29,099 bases of DNA from Syntrophomonadaceae bacterium (GTDB taxonomy: Bacteria; Bacillota; Dethiobacteria; DTU022; UBA8154). The stretch spans positions 1 through 29,099 of the forward strand of contig PWWY01000220.1 in NCBI GenBank assembly GCA_003561325.1. Direction: 5' to 3'. Positions 8,186-17,710 of the stretch are shown in pieces (the first letter of the stretch is position 1; each line of letters opens with the position of its first letter). The notes under the pieces are model-generated. The model made no database searches. It saw nothing but the letters and a program-made list of their open reading frames with translations, and was not told where the DNA came from. The position numbers and the translations under genes are program-made.

Positions 8186-10081
8186 GTGAGTGCTGTTTTG
8201 AGTTCGCTCCTGGAAAGCATCAACAAACCTGGAGATTTAAAAAAACACAACGTGCAAGAGCTGGAGCGCATCGCCGCGGAAATCCGCCGCTTGATTGTAT
8301 CTGTGATCGCGAAACAGGGAGGCCACCTGGCTTCCAGCCTCGGTGTCGTCGAATTGACGCTGGCCCTCTACAGCGTGTTTGCCCCCCCTGAAGATCGGGT
8401 AATCTGGGATGTGGGACACCAGAGTTATGCGCATAAAATCGTCACGGGTCGCCGGGAGCAGTTTAAGACCATTCGCAGCTATGGCGGCATATGTGGTTTC
8501 CCCAGGAGAGATGAAAGCATCTATGATGCCTTTAACGTAGGGCACAGCAGCACTTCCATATCCGCTGCGCTGGGGGTCGCCCGCGCAAGAGATTTAAAAC
8601 AGCAGAAGAACCACGTTGTTGCCGTCATCGGTGACGGGGCTTTGACCGGTGGGATGGCTTTTGAAGCCCTTAATTATGCCGGTGTTGCCAATACCGACCT
8701 GATTGTCGTCTTAAACGATAACGAACTCTCCATCAACGAGAATGTGGGGGGGCTGCCATCTTATTTGGCAAGGTTGCGCACAGATCCAAAGTACTCCAGG
8801 CTCAAGGAAGACCTGGAACATGTCCTGGGGCGCATTCCCCATATCGGAAAAACCATGGTTCGTTCCGCCGAGCGGATCAAGGACAGCCTCAAGTACCTGC
8901 TGGTTCCCGGCATCCTGTTTGAAGAGTTAGGATTTACTTACCTGGGGCCCATTAATGGCCACAATATTTTGCAGCTCCAGGAACTGTTCCGCCAGTCCAA
9001 AACGATCAAGGGGCCGGTTTTGATCCATACCGTGACAACGAATGGTAAAGGCTACGAGCCGGCAGAAGAAGCACCCCAGAAATTTCACGGCGTTAGTAAA
9101 TTTGATCCACAAACCGGCAGGTTCCCTCCCAGGCGCAAATCTCCTACATACAGCCAGCTTTTCAGTGCGTCCTTAAACCAGCAGGCAGCCCAGGACCCTT
9201 CCATCATCGCCCTGACTGCGGCCATGGCCGCGGGCACAGGGCTGGAGTCTTTTGCCGCCAGGTGGCCGGAGCGGTTTATCGACGTGAGTATTGCCGAGCA
9301 AAACGCGGTAACCATGGCGGCAGGCCTGGCTGCCGAGGGGTTTAAACCGGTCGTAGCGATTTACAGCACTTTTTTGCAGCGGGCGTACGACCAGATCGTA
9401 CACGATGTCAGCTTGCAGGGGCTGCCGGTACATTTCGCCGTGGATCGAGCAGGACTGGTGGGCGAAGATGGAGAAACTCATAACGGTTTATTTGATCTGG
9501 CGTACTTACGCCACCAGCCGGGGATTACCTTAATGGCCCCTGCAAGCGGGGCGGAATTAACGGCAATGTTGAAGCTGGCCTTGACCCTGGATGCCCCCTC
9601 GGCGATTCGCTATCCCCGGGGCGCTGCGGCAGAACCCCTCCCCCCGGAACCCTGTGAGCTGGTTTACGGCCAGGGCCAGGTGCTCAAAGAAGGCCATGAT
9701 CTCTTGATCCTGGCTGCAGGTTCCATGGTGCAAGCCGCCCTGGAAGCCCATGAATCCCTTTTAAAAACAGGCATAAAGTCCTGTGTATTAAATCCTCGGT
9801 TTATTGTTCCCCTAGATGATGAACTCATTTGCCGTTGGGCAAAACAATGTAAAAATATCCTCACGATAGAGGAAGGAATTACCCGGGGCGGTTTCGGCAG
9901 TGCCGTGCTTGAATTATTTGCGGAAAAAGGGTTAACGGATCTCCGGGTGAAAACCATGGGTGTGGATGATCCCTGCACCGGTCATGGCAGCCGGGATCAA
10001 ATCCTGGAGATTGTCGGCTTGACGGCGGGGGGCATTATCCGGGAGGCAAAAAAGCTTTGTAAAATTCGAGAGAAAGTGTAA
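8186..10081 (+). CDS. dxs: 1-deoxy-D-xylulose-5-phosphate synthase
   Basis: GGHLASSLGVVELT, WDVGHQSYAHK, TPP motif GDGALTGGMAFEALN, IAEQNAV, YSTFLQRAYDQ, DRAGLVGEDG, IRYPRG. Confidence 0.97.
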   Translation: MSAVLSSLLESINKPGDLKKHNVQELERIAAEIRRLIVSVIAKQGGHLASSLGVVELTLALYSVFAPPEDRVIWDVGHQSYAHKIVTGRREQFKTIRSYGGICGFPRRDESIYDAFNVGHSSTSISAALGVARARDLKQQKNHVVAVIGDGALTGGMAFEALNYAGVANTDLIVVLNDNELSINENVGGLPSYLARLRTDPKYSRLKEDLEHVLGRIPHIGKTMVRSAERIKDSLKYLLVPGILFEELGFTYLGPINGHNILQLQELFRQSKTIKGPVLIHTVTTNGKGYEPAEEAPQKFHGVSKFDPQTGRFPPRRKSPTYSQLFSASLNQQAAQDPSIIALTAAMAAGTGLESFAARWPERFIDVSIAEQNAVTMAAGLAAEGFKPVVAIYSTFLQRAYDQIVHDVSLQGLPVHFAVDRAGLVGEDGETHNGLFDLAYLRHQPGITLMAPASGAELTAMLKLALTLDAPSAIRYPRGAAAEPLPPEPCELVYGQGQVLKEGHDLLILAAGSMVQAALEAHESLLKTGIKSCVLNPRFIVPLDDELICRWAKQCKNILTIEEGITRGGFGSAVLELFAEKGLTDLRVKTMGVDDPCTGHGSRDQILEIVGLTAGGIIREAKKLCKIREKV

Positions 10082-10091
10082 GGAGCTTTCC

Positions 10092-10943
10092 ATGAGAGGG
10101 CACACGGAAAAAGATCGCCTGGATAACCTGCTTGTACGCCGGAAGCTGGTAGAGACGAGAAACCGGGCCCGGACAGAAATCATGGCGGGCAATGTGCTGG
10201 TTGACGGCAACGTGAAAGATAAACCCGGTTTTTTGGTCCCGGTATCGGCTGAGATCCAGCTGAAAAAACCGCTGCACCCCTTCGTCAGTCGCGGGGGCTT
10301 GAAACTCGAGAAAGCCCTGCAGGAATTTCGGGTTGAACTTGTGGGCAAAACAGTTCTCGACATCGGGGCCTCCACAGGCGGATTTACCGATTGTGCTCTC
10401 AAACACGGCGCCTCCCTGGTTTATGCCGTAGATGTGGGTTTTGGCCAGCTGGCCTGGGAGCTGAGAAATCATCCCCGCGTAATCAACCTGGAGCGCTTGA
10501 ATGCCCGGGACTTGAAACGGGAGCACCTGGACAGAAACCCGGACCTGGCGCTCATCGATGTATCCTTTATCTCCCTGCGACGTATTCTACCCGCGGTGGC
10601 CGACTTCCCGGTAGAGGAGGTCATCTGCCTGGTGAAACCACAGTTCGAGGCTCAAAAAGCCCAGGTTGGGAAAAAAGGCGTGGTAAAAAACGCCGCGGTG
10701 CATCGAGAACTGCTGTTGAAGATCACTGCTGCGGCAGCGCACCTGCATTACAGGTGTCTGGGTTTAACCTATTCCCCGGTGCAGGGCCCCCGGGGCAATA
10801 TCGAGTTTTTCGTGCATTTAAGGTACGATCAGATGAAGGATCGTTTTCTCGGCCAGGAGGAACTGGAGCCGTGGATCAGGACCGTGGTCGAGGAAGCGCA
10901 TCTCTTTTTTACAAAGAAAGAGAAAACAACTCCCCTTCTTTGA
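10092..10943 (+). CDS. tlyA: TlyA-family S4 plus FtsJ-like rRNA 2'-O-methyltransferase
   Basis: RLDNLLV, VSRGGLKL, DIGASTGGFTD, DVSFISL, KPQFE, GNIEF. Confidence 0.95.
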   Translation: MRGHTEKDRLDNLLVRRKLVETRNRARTEIMAGNVLVDGNVKDKPGFLVPVSAEIQLKKPLHPFVSRGGLKLEKALQEFRVELVGKTVLDIGASTGGFTDCALKHGASLVYAVDVGFGQLAWELRNHPRVINLERLNARDLKREHLDRNPDLALIDVSFISLRRILPAVADFPVEEVICLVKPQFEAQKAQVGKKGVVKNAAVHRELLLKITAAAAHLHYRCLGLTYSPVQGPRGNIEFFVHLRYDQMKDRFLGQEELEPWIRTVVEEAHLFFTKKEKTTPLL

Positions 10944-10995
10944 AAAGAGCCGTGGTGAAACGAGGTTTTCAATTAAACTATAAGGGTGATGGAAC

Positions 10996-11850
10996 CTGTT
11001 TAAAGGTATCGGTGTGATTCCCAACTGGCAAAAAAAGAATACCCATGAGGTCATTGCAAAGATTCAAACGTTTTTTGCAAAACACAATGTCCCCGTTTAC
11101 ATCGTGCCGGAACGTTCTCCCCTGCTGCACCTGCCGTCACCGATCAAGGACCTGGAGGCATGGCCTGCACGGGTGGATGTTGTGATTGTCGTGGGTGGCG
11201 ATGGGACTTTTCTGCGCGTGTCCAGGGAACTGGCCCACATGGATCTTCCCATACTGGGGGTTAACATGGGACACAAGGGGTTCCTGGCAGAGATTGAAGT
11301 CCCGGAACTGGAACAATACCTGGAGTTGTTAATAGAAGGAGACTACCTGCTGGGTGAACGGATGATGCTCCAGGCGGACGTGATCCGCAGGGGCCAGCCC
11401 TACAAGTCCTTTATTTCCTTAAACGACGTCATTATCTCCCGGGGGCCTTTTTCCAGGATCATCAGGTTGAATACATACGTAAACGATGATTTCCTGGAGT
11501 GTTACCCCGGCGATGGCATGATCATCGCCAGTCCGACCGGTTCGACAGGATACTCCCTATCGGCGGGAGGCCCTATTTTAAACCCCATGTTAAAGGCCCT
11601 GGTCATTACCCCTATCTGCCCGCACCTCTTATACCAGCGCTCGGTCGTTGTCCACATGGAAGACCTGGTGACCGTCAACGTCGCAACAAAACAGGGGGAG
11701 GTCTTCCTCACTTTTGATGGACAGGAAGGGTTTGCCCTGCAGTATCAGGATGTGATCAAGGTGCAAAAAGCCAGCTGCGTGACCCGGGTGGTCAATTTTC
11801 GCGGGCACAACTTCTATAAACTTCTGCATGACAAGCTGATGGATGCCTAG
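10996..11850 (+). CDS. nadK: NAD(+) kinase (probable CTG start at 10996; first standard start is GTG 11014)
   Basis: GGDGTFL, GVNMGHKGFL, LNDV, GDGMIIASPTGSTGYSLSAGGP, DGQ. The in-frame LFKGIGVIPN N-terminal strand extends upstream of GTG 11014. Confidence 0.95.
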   Translation: MFKGIGVIPNWQKKNTHEVIAKIQTFFAKHNVPVYIVPERSPLLHLPSPIKDLEAWPARVDVVIVVGGDGTFLRVSRELAHMDLPILGVNMGHKGFLAEIEVPELEQYLELLIEGDYLLGERMMLQADVIRRGQPYKSFISLNDVIISRGPFSRIIRLNTYVNDDFLECYPGDGMIIASPTGSTGYSLSAGGPILNPMLKALVITPICPHLLYQRSVVVHMEDLVTVNVATKQGEVFLTFDGQEGFALQYQDVIKVQKASCVTRVVNFRGHNFYKLLHDKLMDA

Positions 11851-11949
11851 CGACAGGGACGAAGCCCGGATGTCCCTTCGCCTCCTGGCCAGGATTGAAT
11901 ATGAGACGATTCGCTTCCCTGCGACGGGGTTGCTGATGGAGGTTCTGCC

Positions 11950-13638
11950 TTGCTGGTTTTTCTGTCGATGAAGAACTTCGCCTTAATTGAAGAGCTTTCT
12001 TTTGATCTCCACCCGGGCTTGAACGTCTTAACCGGGGAAACAGGGGCCGGCAAATCTATCGTTGTGGGTGCGATCAGCCTGCTCCTGGGAGAAAGGGCTT
12101 CCAGCGAGCAGATTCGCTCCGGCTATGACAAAGCCTTGATCGAAGCGGCCTTTACCTGGTCCGGGGTCCAACCGGCCCTGGCCGCGAAACTGGGGGAGAT
12201 CGGGGTTGATCCAGCGGAGAACTTAATTGTTTCCAGGGAGATCTCCTCAAGCGGCCGCAACGTCTGCCGGGTGAATGCCCGCATGGTGCCCCTGTCCACC
12301 CTGAAGGAAATAGGCCGCTTCCTGGTTGACCTGCACGGGCAGCACAGCCATCAATCCTTGCTGTTCGCGGAGCAGCAACTTCTCCTGCTGGACGAGTTCG
12401 GCGGAGAGAACGTGCTCACGGAGCGAAGGCATTGGCAGTCCCTCTACCAGAAACGGCAGAAAATCCAGCAGATGCTAAGGGAGCTGGGAGAAAACCCCCG
12501 GGAAAGGGCCCGCAGGTTGGAGCTGCTGTCTTACCAGCAGGATGAAATTGAAGCAGCCGCCCTCGATCCACAGGAAGAAGAACGCCTGCAGCAGAAGCTT
12601 GCTTTGCTGGATAACCAGGAAAAACTGCTGGCGGCAGTACACCGGGCGTACCATGAACTTTACCAGGGTGAGCCTGAAACAATACCGGTTTTGGATCGAA
12701 TCATCCGTATAAAAGACGAGCTGCTTGCGCTCAGCCGCTTTGATCCGGAATTTCAAGGGTATGCCGCTATCCTGGAAGAAGCCTCAGCAGGATTAACGGA
12801 GTTAAGCCACGAGCTCTTCCGTTACCAGGACCGCCTCGCCTTTTCGCCGGAGGAGCGCCAGGAGACGGAAGATCGCCTGGAAACCTATCGAAATTTGAAA
12901 AGAAAATACGGTCAAACGGTGCAGGAGGTGCTGGCCTTTCAAGAAAGATGTCAAAAGGAGATCGAAGACCTGGAAAACAGCGAAGCCCGGGCAACAGAGC
13001 TGGAAAAGGAACGGCAAACCATCGAGGAGCAGATGGAGCACTGCGGTGTCGCCCTTTTTGAAAAACGGAAAGCCGCCGCAGAAACCGTCGAATCGCTGAT
13101 GATCGAGCTGCTGCAGGAGTTGGGGATGAGCGGCGGGAAATTCCAGGTTTCTTTTCGCCAGAAGGAAAAGCCCGACCGCCTGGGGAAAGAAGACGTGGAG
13201 TTTTTGTTTTCGGCAAACCCGGGTGAAGCACCCAAGCCCCTGTCCAAGATTATTTCTGCCGGGGAAATGGCCCGGGTGATGCTTGCTTTAAAAAGCATCC
13301 TGGCTGAACAGGATCAGATTCCCACCCTGATTTTTGATGAAATCGACAGCGGAATCGGGGGGAAAACGATCCAAAGGGTGGCTGAAAAGCTGGCAGATCT
13401 CAGCGCGTATCACCAGGTCATTTGTGTCACCCACAGCCCTCATATCGCCGGCAAGGCTCATCACCAGTACAACATTTACAAGGAACCCAGTGGAAGCCGC
13501 ACGGTAACCCGGCTGAAATACCTGGACACAGACATGCGCATTCACGAAATCGCCCGCATGCTGGGAGGCGAGGAGAGCAGCGAAATTACAAAGCGCCACG
13601 CCGAAAAGCTGTTGGAAAAAGAACAGGAAAGAGCGTGA
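11950..13638 (+). CDS. recN: DNA repair ATPase RecN
   Basis: Walker A GETGAGKS, DLHGQH, coiled coil, SANPGE, signature ISAGE, Walker B IFDEIDSG, VTHSP. Confidence 0.96.
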   Translation: MLVFLSMKNFALIEELSFDLHPGLNVLTGETGAGKSIVVGAISLLLGERASSEQIRSGYDKALIEAAFTWSGVQPALAAKLGEIGVDPAENLIVSREISSSGRNVCRVNARMVPLSTLKEIGRFLVDLHGQHSHQSLLFAEQQLLLLDEFGGENVLTERRHWQSLYQKRQKIQQMLRELGENPRERARRLELLSYQQDEIEAAALDPQEEERLQQKLALLDNQEKLLAAVHRAYHELYQGEPETIPVLDRIIRIKDELLALSRFDPEFQGYAAILEEASAGLTELSHELFRYQDRLAFSPEERQETEDRLETYRNLKRKYGQTVQEVLAFQERCQKEIEDLENSEARATELEKERQTIEEQMEHCGVALFEKRKAAAETVESLMIELLQELGMSGGKFQVSFRQKEKPDRLGKEDVEFLFSANPGEAPKPLSKIISAGEMARVMLALKSILAEQDQIPTLIFDEIDSGIGGKTIQRVAEKLADLSAYHQVICVTHSPHIAGKAHHQYNIYKEPSGSRTVTRLKYLDTDMRIHEIARMLGGEESSEITKRHAEKLLEKEQERA

Positions 13639-13813
13639 TGATCTCTTGCAGTTGCAGCTGAGCCCTGTTCCGGGTGCCTTGCAAGCAGGGAAACAAAGGT
13701 TTATGCCTGGGCAAGCTTGATAACCAATAAACGAAATTAAATGAAATAATGAAGAAGCGAAAAACAAGGAGGTGTCACTTGCTTTAACGACCCGGTTAAG
13801 GCAAACAAAAACG

Positions 13814-14959
13814 ATGAACTTTGACTTCACGCCAGAACAGGTAGACATGCGAAAAGCCGCCCGCGAATATGCGGAAAAAGCCATGATTCCCGTTGCAGCC
13901 AGGTACGACGAGGAAAATGAGACACCCATCGACCTGCTCAAAGAAATGATCCACCAGGGATACAGCACCATGACGATCCCTGAAGACTACGGCGGAGGCG
14001 GGATGGACTGTGTGACCTCCTGCCTGGTTGTAGAAGAGCTGTCCCGGGGCTGTGCCGGGATCACAACCAGCGCTGCAGCCAATTCTCTGGCCGCTTACCC
14101 CATCCTGGTGGGTGGGAGCCATGAGCAAAAAGAAAAATACTTAACCCCTCTTTCTGAAGGAAAGTTTGCCGCGTTCTGTTTAACGGAGCCCGGCGCGGGC
14201 TCTGACGCCGCCGCCATTTCTACCCTGGCAAAGAAGGTCGACAAGGGCTACATGATCAACGGGCGAAAATGTTTCATCACCAACGGCGGCATTGCAGACT
14301 ATTATACCGTCTTCGCCACTGTTGACCGCTCCCGGGGTGCGCGGGGACTCACGGCGTTCGTGATAGAACGCGATTTTCCCGGCCTGGAGCCCGGGAAAAA
14401 AGAGAATAAAATGGGTATCCGGGCCTCCAATACCTCGGAAGTTCTTTTTGAAGATGTCTTCGTGCCGGAAGAAAATGTTTTGGGCAAGGAAGGCGGCGGT
14501 TTTCGGATTGCCATGACGACCCTGGATATTTCACGCCCCATGGTCGTGGCCATGGCCGTGGGCATTGCCCGGGCCGCATATGAACACGCTGTGAGCTATG
14601 CCCGGGAGCGAGAGCAGTTCGGCAAGCCCATCAGTTCTTTCCAGGCCATTCAGTTCAAACTGGCAAACATGGCCATGAAAATTGAAGCAGCCAGGCTGCT
14701 GGTGCTGCAGGCGGCGTTTAAAGTGGACAGGCAAGAAAAACACTTATCGGCTCATTCTGCCATGTCCAAAGCATTTGCCGGGGATATGGCCATGGAAGTC
14801 ACCACCGATGCCCTGCAGGTGATGGGCGGTTACGGCTATATGAAGGATTATCCCATGGAGAAATACATGCGGGATGCCAAGATCATGCAAATTTACGAGG
14901 GAACCAGTGAAATTCAACGACTTGTGCTGGCTAATGAAGTCTTGAAGGGCCGGGTTTAG
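13814..14959 (+). CDS. Acyl-CoA dehydrogenase (short-chain/butyryl-CoA-like family)
   Basis: PEDYGGGG, CLTEPGAGSD, NGRKCFITNG, KMGIRAS, REQFGKPI, GGYGYMKDYPMEKYMRDAKIMQIYEGTSEIQR with the catalytic Glu. Start uncertain (GTG 13772 or ATG 13814). Confidence 0.93.
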   Translation: MNFDFTPEQVDMRKAAREYAEKAMIPVAARYDEENETPIDLLKEMIHQGYSTMTIPEDYGGGGMDCVTSCLVVEELSRGCAGITTSAAANSLAAYPILVGGSHEQKEKYLTPLSEGKFAAFCLTEPGAGSDAAAISTLAKKVDKGYMINGRKCFITNGGIADYYTVFATVDRSRGARGLTAFVIERDFPGLEPGKKENKMGIRASNTSEVLFEDVFVPEENVLGKEGGGFRIAMTTLDISRPMVVAMAVGIARAAYEHAVSYAREREQFGKPISSFQAIQFKLANMAMKIEAARLLVLQAAFKVDRQEKHLSAHSAMSKAFAGDMAMEVTTDALQVMGGYGYMKDYPMEKYMRDAKIMQIYEGTSEIQRLVLANEVLKGRV

Positions 14960-14984
14960 CCCTTAACCCAGCGCGATAAAAAGG

Positions 14985-15857
14985 ATGTGTGCAAGAATGG
15001 CGGGCGGCAATGACCTGGTCATAGACTTCCATCTCCACGTAGGCAGCCGGGAGATGACGAAACCTTTCGTCTGGGAATGGATTGAAAGTTTTGTCCCGCG
15101 AGGAAGCGGCCTGGACAGGGGATCAGATTCCCGGGGAGAAATTGACCCGGGCAAGCTTTCCGAACTCTTAAAAGAAAGCGGGGTCGATTACGGGATTTGC
15201 CTGGCCGAATCTTCCCCGATCTCCACGGGGATAACCACCAATGAATACGTAGCGGAGTTCTGTCAAAAACACCCCCGGTTGATTCCTTTCGCCAATATAA
15301 ATCCCTACCTGGTTACGCGGCCGGAAGAAGAGCTTCTCTACTGCCTGGATGATCTGCAGATGCGGGGACTCAAACTGCTTCCCTCGTACCAGCATTTTTA
15401 TCCCCACGACCGCCGCATGTATCCCCTCTACCAGGTAGCCCAGGAGCGGGGAATTGTGGTGATGTCTCACACGGGCAGCTCCATTTTTCCCGGGACAAGA
15501 CTGCGCTATGCCGACCCCATTTACTGGGACGATGTCGCGGTGGATTTCCCTCATCTGACCATTTTGCTCGTCCACAGCGGTCGCGGGTTCTGGTATGATC
15601 AAGCCGCCTTCCTGGCCCAGCTCCACCAAAACGTCTACCTGGAGGTTGCCGGGCTGCCTCCCCAAAATTTATTGAGTTATCTGCCCGGGCTGGAAAGACT
15701 TTCTTCCAAAACCATTTTTGGGACCGATTGGCCGGCTGTTCCCTCCATCAAGAAGAACATTGAAACCATCGAAGGGCTTCCCTTGTCGGGAGAAAGCAAG
15801 AGAAAGATCCTGGGTTTAAACGCAGCCCTGCTGCTGAAACTGCAAGATAAACCCTGA
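14985..15857 (+). CDS. Amidohydrolase_2-family metal-dependent TIM-barrel protein
   Basis: IDFHLH (HxH), GLKLLP, SHTG, LVHSG, FGTDWP. Start may be ATG 14997. Confidence 0.88.
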   Translation: MCARMAGGNDLVIDFHLHVGSREMTKPFVWEWIESFVPRGSGLDRGSDSRGEIDPGKLSELLKESGVDYGICLAESSPISTGITTNEYVAEFCQKHPRLIPFANINPYLVTRPEEELLYCLDDLQMRGLKLLPSYQHFYPHDRRMYPLYQVAQERGIVVMSHTGSSIFPGTRLRYADPIYWDDVAVDFPHLTILLVHSGRGFWYDQAAFLAQLHQNVYLEVAGLPPQNLLSYLPGLERLSSKTIFGTDWPAVPSIKKNIETIEGLPLSGESKRKILGLNAALLLKLQDKP

Positions 15858-15957
15858 GGACAGGGTAATCAACCGGCAACGGAAGCAGGAGAGAAGCAAA
15901 GTCCCTGCTGGAGCCCTGGAGCCGGTTCCGGCATCACAAACTCTCTTAGAAGGCGGG

Positions 15958-16503
15958 GTGTTTCAAGTGGAGCTCGAAGAAAAAACACTGCGTTCCAGCT
16001 ATCCCTTTCGTGGTAAGGTGGTTACCGTGCGCGTGGATGAGGTGCTGCTGCCCGACGGCAAGGAAAGCAAGCGGGAAATCGTGGAGCACGCAGGAGCGGT
16101 AGCGATCATACCAGTCAATGAGAAGCAGGAAGTGCTTTGTATCCGCCAGTTCAGGAAAGCTGCCGGGAAGGTTCTCCTGGAAATACCGGCCGGCCTGGTC
16201 GAGCAAGGAGAAACACTGGAGGCTTGCGCCCAGAGGGAACTGGCCGAAGAAATCGGGTTTATGAGCAACAATCTGGTGAAGCTTTCTTCCTTTTACCCAT
16301 CACCGGGCTTTTCCAGCGAAATGATTCATGTCTACCTGGCACAAGAACTGGTAAAAAAGACCGTAGACAAGCCGGACGATGAATTTATTGCTCTCGAAAA
16401 GTTTCCCCTGAAAGAGGGGCTGAGCAAAATTCAAAGTGGCGTTGTAGAGGATGGAAAAACCATTATTGGCCTGCTGATGGCGCTGCAATACCCGGGGTTG
16501 TAG
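15958..16503 (+). CDS. nudF: NUDIX hydrolase, ADP-ribose pyrophosphatase-like
   Basis: Nudix box GLVEQGETLEACAQRELAEEIG, REIVEHAGAV, RQFR, SPGFSSE, DGKTII. Confidence 0.9.
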   Translation: MFQVELEEKTLRSSYPFRGKVVTVRVDEVLLPDGKESKREIVEHAGAVAIIPVNEKQEVLCIRQFRKAAGKVLLEIPAGLVEQGETLEACAQRELAEEIGFMSNNLVKLSSFYPSPGFSSEMIHVYLAQELVKKTVDKPDDEFIALEKFPLKEGLSKIQSGVVEDGKTIIGLLMALQYPGL

Positions 16504-16577
16504 GGCCTTCTCCTGCCGCTTAAACATTTTAAAAGATTGTTATCTTTCCTAAACAATTTTAAAGGGTTTTTCAATAA

Positions 16578-16613
16578 CCGCGTGGAATAAATGATCCGCG
16601 TGGAATAAATGAT
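16578..16613. repeat. Perfect 18-bp tandem duplication (CCGCGTGGAATAAATGAT x2) in the nudF-xerD intergenic region
   Basis: 16578-16595 is identical to 16596-16613. Confidence 0.95.
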
Positions 16614-16765
16614 TATTGCTGCGGAATGTACTGAGCATGTTCCTCGAGGTTTCTCTGCCGCAGGGTCAATCCCGTGAGTTGAGTATAAGCAGGAACATCA
16701 CCGATTGTTACCTGGACGATTTTGATCGCCGGGTTGCGGATTTATTGTAAAGGGGTTATCACCGG

Positions 16766-17653
16766 ATGGAGCAGCTTTTGAAAGACTACATCTATCATCT
16801 TTCAGTGGAAAAAGGACTGGCCGACAACACCCTGGAATCTTACCAGCGAGACCTGAAAAAATACGTGTCATTTTTACAAAAGAACAATGTGCAATGTTTT
16901 AAAGAGACATCCAGGAAGCAGATCACCGATTACTTGAACCTGCAGCACGAAAACGGGCTGGCTCCTTCATCCATCAGCCGAAGTCTTGCCTCCCTTCGAT
17001 CCTTTTACCAGTTCCTTTTAAAGGAACAGGTCATGCAAGAAAATCCCGCCACCGATCTCGAAACCCCGAGGATGGAAAAAAAACTACCCCATGTGCTCTC
17101 TTTTAGCGATATCGAACTTCTACTGGAACAGCCCCAGACCAATTGTGAAATCGGCATGCGAGATAAAGCCATGCTGGAACTCATCTACGCGACCGGCATC
17201 CGTGTCTCTGAGCTGGTATCCCTGAACCTGAATCATGCCAACATCAAGATGGGCTTCTTACGCTGTGACGGCAAGGGGGGAAAAGAGAGAATGATCCCGC
17301 TGGGATCGGTCGCCATCCATTGTTTGCAGGATTATTTGGCGCGCAGCCGAAGAAAACTTTTAAAGAACCAGGATGAAAAGGCGCTCTTTCTCAATCAGCA
17401 CGGTAAAAGGTTGACGCGGCAGGGGTTCTGGAAGATATTAAAAAAGTATGTTCTGCGGGCAGGAATTAATGCGGATATCACGCCACACACGCTGCGCCAT
17501 TCTTTTGCGACCCACTTGCTGGAAAATGGCGCAGATTTACGTTCTGTGCAGGAGATGCTGGGTCATGCAGATATCTCCACGACCCAAATTTATACCCAGC
17601 TGACACGGAAGAAAATCAAGGAAGTTTACGACCAGGCCCACCCTCGCGCCTAG
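16766..17653 (+). CDS. xerD: Tyrosine recombinase XerD
   Basis: Catalytic R (GIRVSEL), K (GKGGKER), HxxR (HTLRHSF), H (LGHAD) and Y (TTQIY). Housekeeping context upstream of deoB. Confidence 0.93.
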   Translation: MEQLLKDYIYHLSVEKGLADNTLESYQRDLKKYVSFLQKNNVQCFKETSRKQITDYLNLQHENGLAPSSISRSLASLRSFYQFLLKEQVMQENPATDLETPRMEKKLPHVLSFSDIELLLEQPQTNCEIGMRDKAMLELIYATGIRVSELVSLNLNHANIKMGFLRCDGKGGKERMIPLGSVAIHCLQDYLARSRRKLLKNQDEKALFLNQHGKRLTRQGFWKILKKYVLRAGINADITPHTLRHSFATHLLENGADLRSVQEMLGHADISTTQIYTQLTRKKIKEVYDQAHPRA

Positions 17654-17710
17654 CCGCCGCGATCTTCAGATTAGCCTTTGCCAGCGCCGGGTTAGAAAGC
17701 GGGTGATCGC

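Noticed and set aside
13252-13275. RecN signature reads SAGE instead of SGGE
   Set aside because: A single conservative change that is tolerated in other ABC ATPases. Walker A/B and the H-loop are intact, so inactivation is not supported.
16578-16613. 18-bp and 33-bp (28980-29099) repeats as a CRISPR array
   Set aside because: Both are directly tandem with no spacers, and no cas genes are present.
16766-17653. xerD as a phage or island integrase
   Set aside because: Size, sequence and the nudF-xerD-deoB position match the housekeeping chromosome-dimer resolvase. No att sites or mobile cargo are visible.
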